Virus record (IMG/VR): IMGVR_UViG_3300005529_000024
Coordinates: 32,001 to 96,000 of that record
Strand: one strand, 5' to 3'
Length of the DNA: 64,000 nucleotides
From: a virus
Made by a program: the position numbers and the translations under genes. Positions 57,873 through 64,000 of this stretch are shown here, one piece after another; position 1 is the first letter of the stretch, and each line of letters starts with the position of its first letter. The notes below the pieces were generated by a model, which was given only the letters and a program-made list of their open reading frames with translations, was not told the origin of the DNA and did not search any database.

Positions 57873-57900
57873 AGTATATCAGCATTATTTGTTTTGTCAA
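57873..57900 (-). promoter_or_regulatory. Sigma70-type promoter (leftward)
   Basis: Reverse strand TTGACA-N16-TATACT. Confidence 0.65.
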
Positions 57901-57929
57901 GAGCATTGCACAGATTATTATAATGTATC

Positions 57930-57958
57930 TTGACAAAGTTTCTAAAATGTGGTATAAT
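57930..57958 (+). promoter_or_regulatory. Consensus sigma70 promoter (rightward)
   Basis: TTGACA-N17-TATAAT with TG extension. Confidence 0.85.
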
Positions 57959-57984
57959 TCATACAAATAAAACTGGAGTATACT

Positions 57985-58194
57985 ATGGCCGCTGCTGAGA
58001 TTTATAAATCTAAAACTGAGTCGTTTTTTGTCAAGGTCACAAGTAGGTATGATGGGAAAGTTACTGTTATTTATTCACACTTTTCTAAAGACGGTACTTT
58101 CGATGGTGGTACTAAGTTTACGAGCGTTCTGGACGAAAAGAAGTTTGACGAATCTATCCAAAACGGAAAATACGCACGTGTAACGGGTGAATAA
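57985..58194 (+). CDS. Small early protein
   Basis: GGAG SD; directly behind consensus promoter. Confidence 0.65.
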   Translation: MAAAEIYKSKTESFFVKVTSRYDGKVTVIYSHFSKDGTFDGGTKFTSVLDEKKFDESIQNGKYARVTGE

Positions 58195-58288
58195 AAGATG
58201 ATTGTCCTTACTTATTTACAACTTTTTCTTACTATTTTCACGTCTATATTCCTGGCGCTTATAGCTGCTCCGTTTATCTGGAGATTAG

Positions 58289-59412
58289 TCAGGTAGGATC
58301 TTTATTATCATGCAGGCATTCAGATACTAGGCGTATTGCTCTATTTGTTGCCTCATTGAATATTGAATCTTCTGGTGTTTTCGGCCTTTGTATTTTTCCT
58401 GCTTCCAGAATGATTTTTAATCTAGACAGGGACTCTTTGCATTCATCACAGAATTTGAGATTCATCTTTTCCCCATTGGCTGAGTGTGGGTAGTTCATTT
58501 TGTCCCTATTTATTTAATTCTATTTCGAGTTGGGCGATTAATAGGTTGGGTACTTCACAATAAGCAGTATTGCCATTGCAGAGTACATATTTTGGTTTGT
58601 AGTAGTGGGGTTGTATATCGATCTTCATAGAGCATAGGTTACAATGCTCTCCTCCAGATTTATCTTTCTCCCAATAATCACAGAGCATATTTTTTCCTAT
58701 CGAGTAACTTAGATAATGCTTTCATTTTTACGTAGATCTTGGCGATGATATCTGGATCTTCGATACAATCTATGCAGCGAAATCTATTATGCATTACTTC
58801 AAATAGGATCTGATCGTGCCTATGGCATCCTTGACAAAACTTATTTCTTAATATCAGCAATCTTGAATTCTCCATTAAAGTAGGTAAAGATGTACGTACT
58901 AAGGGGGGTCTAAAGACCCCCCTCAAGCATAGCTTCATCTGTATTATTAAAGTCAAGGAATTTAGGACGTTTCTCTTCTATTTCCTCAACCTCATAATGG
59001 TAGTGAGCATTCGCTGGCACATTGTCAACAATTTTCTGAAGCAGTCCTGCGTTCTCACATACTGCCATGACTGTAGTGTTACCTTCTGAATCATAACGGA
59101 TGATACCATGCTTTTGCTTGTACATTATTTGGAGACCTCCACGTTCCCCTTATAGATATAGATGACAGTGGAATCTCCAGAGACCCTTTCAGCCACTTTG
59201 TACGGAGTGCCTTTCCATGCGCGGCGCAATCCGTAGACAACCGTGGAGGGCTTATACTTCTCAGGATCAATCTCCACAATTTTAGCTCTAAAGTCCGTGG
59301 CATCCTTAAGCTCCTCACGAAGCTCAGTAGCCAATTGCTTAATAAAGCTCTTACGGTTCTTTTTGACGGTTCGGATATCGCAATCTGCTTCCTTCACTTT
59401 GATTCCTTCCAT
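58289..59412 (-). CDS. Run of five small minus-strand ORFs (58289-58498, 58506-58688, 58678-58956, 58910-59125, 59125-59412)
   Basis: Abutting ORFs; AAGGAGG SD before 59412. Confidence 0.5.
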
Positions 59413-59587
59413 GGCTGCTTCCTCCTTGTTGGGTTTAAGTTACTTTTTGTTTTTCTTTGTTTTGTACTTTCGGTTTTGTTCTTAGTGCAATCACTATGCC
59501 CACATTTAATCTGGGCATTTCGAGCAATCTAGGGTAGGGTTATATACCCAATTGACAATATATCATACTTGTATGATGTTTCTCATT

Positions 59588-59646
59588 ACGACACAACACG
59601 ACAAAATTGTCGCAAAACCGACAAAAACGATACAATCTTGTCGTGT
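59588..59646. repeat. Phased CGACA/TGTCG direct and inverted repeats
   Basis: ACGACA, ACGACA, TGTCG, CCGACA, ACGATA, TGTCGT at about 10-bp spacing. Confidence 0.55.
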
Positions 59647-59711
59647 TCTTGGTGATTGTCATTTGTTGCGTATCGATTAATCGGTTGATCCAGGTCAATT
59701 TCAATTTTCTT

Positions 59712-59742
59712 TACCCTACCTTTTTCTTTTTTGCGTCTTGCA
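59712..59742 (+). promoter_or_regulatory. Putative phage-specific promoter, copy 4
   Basis: TACCCTACC-N12-GCGTCTTGCA ahead of replication operon. Confidence 0.65.
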
Positions 59743-59768
59743 TATTAAAATTTCAAAAAAGGAGATGA

Positions 59769-60053
59769 ATGGTTACAACAGTTAAATGCGCCGGTTTCGA
59801 AGGTGAGTTCGACAGTCACCTTGTTATTCATGGTCCAGATCATGACGGAGATTTCACTATATCGCAAAGTCTCTCTAAAGAAGAATCGAAGAACGACATT
59901 AAATTTAGTGTCAAAGCTTGCATTGGCATTTCAGAAGCTGCCAGATTATATGAAGCTCTAGGTAAATATCTTGTGTCAAGACGAAAGCTTGATCCACACA
60001 CAGAGCAATCGAATAAGAAAAAACTCGATCTCAAAAAATACGTTGGGCTGTAA
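59769..60053 (+). CDS. Hypothetical protein
   Basis: AAGGAG SD. Confidence 0.6.
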   Translation: MVTTVKCAGFEGEFDSHLVIHGPDHDGDFTISQSLSKEESKNDIKFSVKACIGISEAARLYEALGKYLVSRRKLDPHTEQSNKKKLDLKKYVGL

Positions 60054-60062
60054 AGGATCTAT

Positions 60063-60602
60063 ATGGGCGAATTACCTATCGAAGAATTACAGAAACTTTC
60101 TGCTATTAAGAATAAACTCCTCAATCCTGTTGTTGATGAACCTGATAATAACCTACCAGAAATTGTTTGTCAAGAGGAAAATAAGGATGAATGCGAAAAA
60201 GCTATATCTGAATATAAAGCCATAGCTGACACGCATAGATTTCGGTTTGCTCCAGATGGTTACGATGAAGGTATCGTGCATAATTTTGTGTTCGTAAAAT
60301 ATTATCCTCCATTTCGCAACAAAAGCATAATAAAGCTGTTGAGAGATTACTCTATATCGATTTGGCCCTGTGTTAATGTCCATATAGTCTCTGCTCCATT
60401 TTATTTTCGGTCGTATAATTCCTCATTTAAAAATTTCTACTCTGAGGATAGTAGGCTTGCTGAACTTTTTAAACAGGATCGTTTATTACCTGGTTCAAAT
60501 AGGATCATCCATAAAGGCATCTCATATTATTTATTGCTTCCAAAAGTACTGGTTTTAGGCATTCAATTTAAAGAAGTTCAGTGGCTCTTCATAAACGAGT
60601 GA
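60063..60602 (+). CDS. Hypothetical protein
   Basis: ORF in operon. Confidence 0.55.
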   Translation: MGELPIEELQKLSAIKNKLLNPVVDEPDNNLPEIVCQEENKDECEKAISEYKAIADTHRFRFAPDGYDEGIVHNFVFVKYYPPFRNKSIIKLLRDYSISIWPCVNVHIVSAPFYFRSYNSSFKNFYSEDSRLAELFKQDRLLPGSNRIIHKGISYYLLLPKVLVLGIQFKEVQWLFINE

Positions 60603-60609
60603 GAAAATC

Positions 60610-62097
60610 GTGCTAAAGATTGAAAAGCAAACAGTGTTTTGTTTTGTCAGCGGTGAGTTTAATCTAATAAAGTCGCTAGACAAGAAACTTACGCTACCTC
60701 TCAAACCTGAAGAGGTTAGCAACTTACGCTCTTCTCCAGCTTATGATCTGAGAGGAAACAGCGTATCCCTTCTAATCAGTCCAGATAATAGATTTTTAAC
60801 TGGATTGCTTCCCCATGTTGAGAAGATCTTAAAAGGTTTGGAAATCGATTATCAAGTAGTCGATTCATCCGAGCTTAAAAAAGAAACGTCATTCTCTATT
60901 GACTATATTCAAGGTCTCAGCAACAATATACTCCCTGGAATAACTCTTTATGACTATCAACTTTCTACAATAGTAAAATCTCTAATCAAGCTACGTGGTG
61001 TTGTATCTTCTCCTACTGGATCTGGTAAGACAGAAATTTTAGCCGCATTGTGTAAGCTCTTAACAGATCTTGGTAAACGTATTCTTATTGTTGTGAATAA
61101 GAAAGCTTTGATGACTCAGACTGTAAAGCGATTTAGATCTTACGGTCTTGATGCTGGATCAGTTGGGGATAACACTAAAGATGTTGATCATTCCATTGTT
61201 GTTGGTATTTCTAATTCTCTTTATAATGCTATCGCTAAAAAAGATAAAGCAGTATTCCCTGTAATCAGAGATTTTGATGTTCTACTCCTTGATGAGTGCC
61301 ATCATTCGCCTTGTGAAACTTGGTCGATAATCGGCATAAACAGTAATGCCAGTATTAAGATTGGGGTATCAGCTACACCTTTTTCTGATTTGAATAATCC
61401 TGATTTGAATGATCTCGTTCTTATGGGTTTAACCGGCGACATAATCTGTGATATCCCTATTCGTTATCTTTATGAGCATGGATATTTAGTTAAGCCTTAT
61501 ATTTATTTCCATAATATAAATAAGCCTAATCTATGGATGAGTAAAAATTCTCAATGGACTTATGTTTATAAAAAGGCTGTTACAGACAACGACTATCGTA
61601 ACACTGAGATTGTACGTTTAGCCGAAGAGTTATTTAATCATGATAGAAAAGTTTTAATCATGACTCGACAGGTTCAGCATGGTGAGTTGTTATTAGAAAA
61701 ATTAAAAGCTAAAAATTTATCTTGTGCTTTTTATCACGGTACAGGCACAGATGGTGATGAAGATGTAGAAGCAAAGTTATCCCATGCTTTTGATAATGGG
61801 AAGAACAATATCGTGATTGCAACGACAGGAATTGGTGCAGAGGGCGTTGACATACCAGTCATTGACGCTATGATCAATGCTGCGGGAGGCGCATCAAGGA
61901 AGATTGCTATACAGATGCTTGGCCGCTCGCTTCGTTTATACAAGGGGAAGAAGAATGCAGTATTTATAGATTTTTTTGACTTGACGCATTTTTATTTGAA
62001 AAACCATTCTAGACTCAGGCATGATCTATATTCAAGTGAAGGTCATCAAATCATAGGTTCATTATCTGAGTTTTGGAACAATTGGAACCAGTTATAA
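60610..62097 (+). CDS. SF2 DNA helicase (UvsW-like)
   Basis: LYDYQ, PTGSGKT, DECHH, SATP, EGVDIP, QMLGRSLR. Confidence 0.93.
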   Translation: MLKIEKQTVFCFVSGEFNLIKSLDKKLTLPLKPEEVSNLRSSPAYDLRGNSVSLLISPDNRFLTGLLPHVEKILKGLEIDYQVVDSSELKKETSFSIDYIQGLSNNILPGITLYDYQLSTIVKSLIKLRGVVSSPTGSGKTEILAALCKLLTDLGKRILIVVNKKALMTQTVKRFRSYGLDAGSVGDNTKDVDHSIVVGISNSLYNAIAKKDKAVFPVIRDFDVLLLDECHHSPCETWSIIGINSNASIKIGVSATPFSDLNNPDLNDLVLMGLTGDIICDIPIRYLYEHGYLVKPYIYFHNINKPNLWMSKNSQWTYVYKKAVTDNDYRNTEIVRLAEELFNHDRKVLIMTRQVQHGELLLEKLKAKNLSCAFYHGTGTDGDEDVEAKLSHAFDNGKNNIVIATTGIGAEGVDIPVIDAMINAAGGASRKIAIQMLGRSLRLYKGKKNAVFIDFFDLTHFYLKNHSRLRHDLYSSEGHQIIGSLSEFWNNWNQL

Positions 62098-62111
62098 AAA
62101 GGAAGGTATAA

Positions 62112-63437
62112 ATGCCGGATACATATTCTTATAGCGATACATTTCAGCTACAGCTTTTAGCGTGTATGGCTAAAGAGCCAACTTTTATCATGACACATAA
62201 GTCTTGTCTCTCACCATATTATTTTGAGAAAGACTATTTTATCACAGTGGCTAAGATCCTCACTGAGTATTATGAGAAGTATAAAAAGATTCCTACATTG
62301 GATACCGCTCGTGAGTATCTTAATACACAATTTCCAGCCACTCATTTCCCTGAAGCTGTATTAAACAAAACGCTGGAAACACTTGATATCGTCTATAAGA
62401 CGAACACAGATGAGTTGAAATATATCTCGGATGAGGTGTTAAAGTTTGGACAGCGCCAAGCTATTAAAATGGCGATGAGCAAATCTGTTGATCTGCTTCG
62501 TTCGAGTAATGATAGATTCAATCCAGAGAATCTAGAAAAGATTAAAGCTGAGTTTGAAAAGGCTCTACGTGTAGGCAGAACATTTTCTGAGATGGTGGAG
62601 TTCTCATCTATTGCTGATGCTCTACATCTCCACATTAAAGACTTTTTCCCTGATGCGACTAGAAGAACAGTGCCCACTCCATTCCCTTCTTTAAATGATG
62701 CAATGACCTTTAAAGGAATGAGGGCTGGTGAGCTAATCGAGATCATGGGTCATCCTGGATTTGGTAAGAGTACCTTTGCAACGAATTTCGGTGTTGCAGC
62801 AGCAATGGCAGGGTTTGAGGTTGATCTTATCTCTACAGAGTTGAACGTTAGTTCATATCTATTAAAGATTGCAGCTAGACTAACAGGCATGTCTCCTTCT
62901 GAGGTTCAGGGTAAATATCCTGCTTATCAGGAGCTTATTCAACGTTACCTGCAAGAGAACAAGATGAAGTTCCGCATCATGAAAGTTCCCATGTATCAGG
63001 CTACTGTTGATGAGATTAGATCTTATTTAGCTGCTCAGAGGTCTTTGTCAAACGCAAATACTGGCCTTCTAATTGTTGATTCTCCGGATCATATCCTGCC
63101 GCGTACCATGGCTACAGAGAAATCGAGAATGGATTTTGGACTTGTGTATGGGGATCTGAAGACTCTTGGTGAAGATTATAATTGTCCAATTGTGTTGACA
63201 ACGCAAGCAAATCGTTCTAGTATGGATAAAGAAACATTCGGTATTGAGGCTGATAGCGAGAGTTGGTATAAGCCAGCAATTTGCGACGTTGTGTTGACAA
63301 TCAATCGTTCAATCGAGGAAGATAAGCAGCAACGTGCTCGTTTATTCGTTGGTAAACTGCGTGAAGGTAAGGATAAGTTTACAATCCGATTGATGCTTAG
63401 AACTGACATTGCTACAGCGAAAGAGGCAACTGATTAG
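62112..63437 (+). CDS. Replicative DnaB-like helicase (gp41-like)
   Basis: GHPGFGKS, STEL, LLIVD, TTQANR, KLREG. Confidence 0.9.
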   Translation: MPDTYSYSDTFQLQLLACMAKEPTFIMTHKSCLSPYYFEKDYFITVAKILTEYYEKYKKIPTLDTAREYLNTQFPATHFPEAVLNKTLETLDIVYKTNTDELKYISDEVLKFGQRQAIKMAMSKSVDLLRSSNDRFNPENLEKIKAEFEKALRVGRTFSEMVEFSSIADALHLHIKDFFPDATRRTVPTPFPSLNDAMTFKGMRAGELIEIMGHPGFGKSTFATNFGVAAAMAGFEVDLISTELNVSSYLLKIAARLTGMSPSEVQGKYPAYQELIQRYLQENKMKFRIMKVPMYQATVDEIRSYLAAQRSLSNANTGLLIVDSPDHILPRTMATEKSRMDFGLVYGDLKTLGEDYNCPIVLTTQANRSSMDKETFGIEADSESWYKPAICDVVLTINRSIEEDKQQRARLFVGKLREGKDKFTIRLMLRTDIATAKEATD

Positions 63438-63446
63438 GAGGTTGGT

Positions 63447-64000
63447 TTGAGTTGTTCTGACTCCATTGTTTTATCGTCAGTGCTGGAGTATGTCAACTCC
63501 TCGCATCATAATGAAGAGCACATTTATAAATGCCCTTTTTGCGTAACAAAGATCGGTGAGGCCGATAGTAAGGGTAAGCTCTATGTAAACTTTGTCAAAA
63601 GTAAATTCCATTGTTTCAAGTGTAGTGAATCTGGTGAACTATCTAAACTCTATGCCCTTCTTGGGTTGAGTATAGATAATTCACCAGTTTCTGTTTTTAC
63701 GCAAAAGATTGATGAGTTCTTTCATCCTGTTTCCCAACATGAAGATATAATAGAATATGACATAAATCTGGATTTCGAGCATTTCGTTCCAATTGATCCT
63801 AGCGAAGATACCTTAGCCATGCGTTATTTAAGGGAGCGTGGCATCAGTGATCTGGATGTAGAGTTATACAGCATGTATTGGGGAAAGGGTCCTTATGCTG
63901 GTCGTATCATCATCCCAATTCTTGAGGATGGTGAGCCGGTTTATTTTGTCGCTAGGACCTATACTGATCGAACTCCTCGATATAGAAATCCTAAGATCCC
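63447..64000 (+). CDS. DNA primase, N-terminal part (runs off the window)
   Basis: TTG start after GGAGG; CPFC..FHCFKC Zn finger, YLRERGI, RIIIPI, YFVAR, PRYRNP. Confidence 0.88.
   Translation, partial: MSCSDSIVLSSVLEYVNSSHHNEEHIYKCPFCVTKIGEADSKGKLYVNFVKSKFHCFKCSESGELSKLYALLGLSIDNSPVSVFTQKIDEFFHPVSQHEDIIEYDINLDFEHFVPIDPSEDTLAMRYLRERGISDLDVELYSMYWGKGPYAGRIIIPILEDGEPVYFVARTYTDRTPRYRNPKI

Larger units (their letters stand above)
1..64000. mobile_element. Fragment of a large T4-superfamily-like myophage genome
   Basis: gp21-like protease, gp23-like capsid, sheath, tube, baseplate, UvsW/DnaB helicases and primase; no host housekeeping genes. Confidence 0.95.

Noticed and set aside
59552-59577. 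TTGACA...TATGAT promoter
   Set aside because: Spacer is only 14 bp; kept only as part of the palindrome/repeat region
1-64000. Alternative genetic code (stop reassignment), common in large phages
   Set aside because: Core genes are full length in code 11, and TAA, TAG and TGA all serve as stops
1-64000. tRNA/rRNA genes, portal, terminase, integrase
   Set aside because: None recognisable by eye in this window; they probably lie elsewhere in the genome

Overview
The window is a fragment of a large, AT-rich, T4-superfamily-like myophage genome in standard genetic code, almost entirely on the + strand. (1) 1-20.6 kb: about 45 densely packed small or modular ORFs. About 20 share a short amphipathic peptide (consensus M-x-I-K-[KED]-x-[VI]-[DE]-x-[LM]-[FL]-E) ending in a T4-gp21-type cleavage Glu. 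I interpret them as a large set of head-packaged cargo proteins with a common capsid-targeting tag. Tagged cargo includes a SAM-lyase-like domain, a zincin-like enzyme, an encapsulin-type ferritin, acidic proteins and apparent polyproteins. A DnaJ, an Endo VII nuclease and a RelA/SpoT synthetase lie in the same region without a clear tag. (2) 20.6-55.4 kb: virion module with a prohead protease-scaffold fusion, gp23-like major capsid protein, neck, sheath, two tubes, chaperones with a probable +1/-2 frameshift, tape measure, baseplate, paralogous fibre/RBP pairs, 14-aa repeat proteins, a DarG-like macrodomain, lysis genes and a PurD-like ATP-grasp protein. (3) 55.4-59.5 kb: mostly minus-strand small early-type genes with sigma70 promoters. 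(4) 59.7-64 kb: start of the replication module (UvsW-like helicase, DnaB-like helicase, primase). A bipartite motif TAYCCTAMC-N12-GCGTCTTGCA occurs in four intergenic regions and is a candidate phage-specific promoter. All family assignments come from motif recognition by eye, not database searches.
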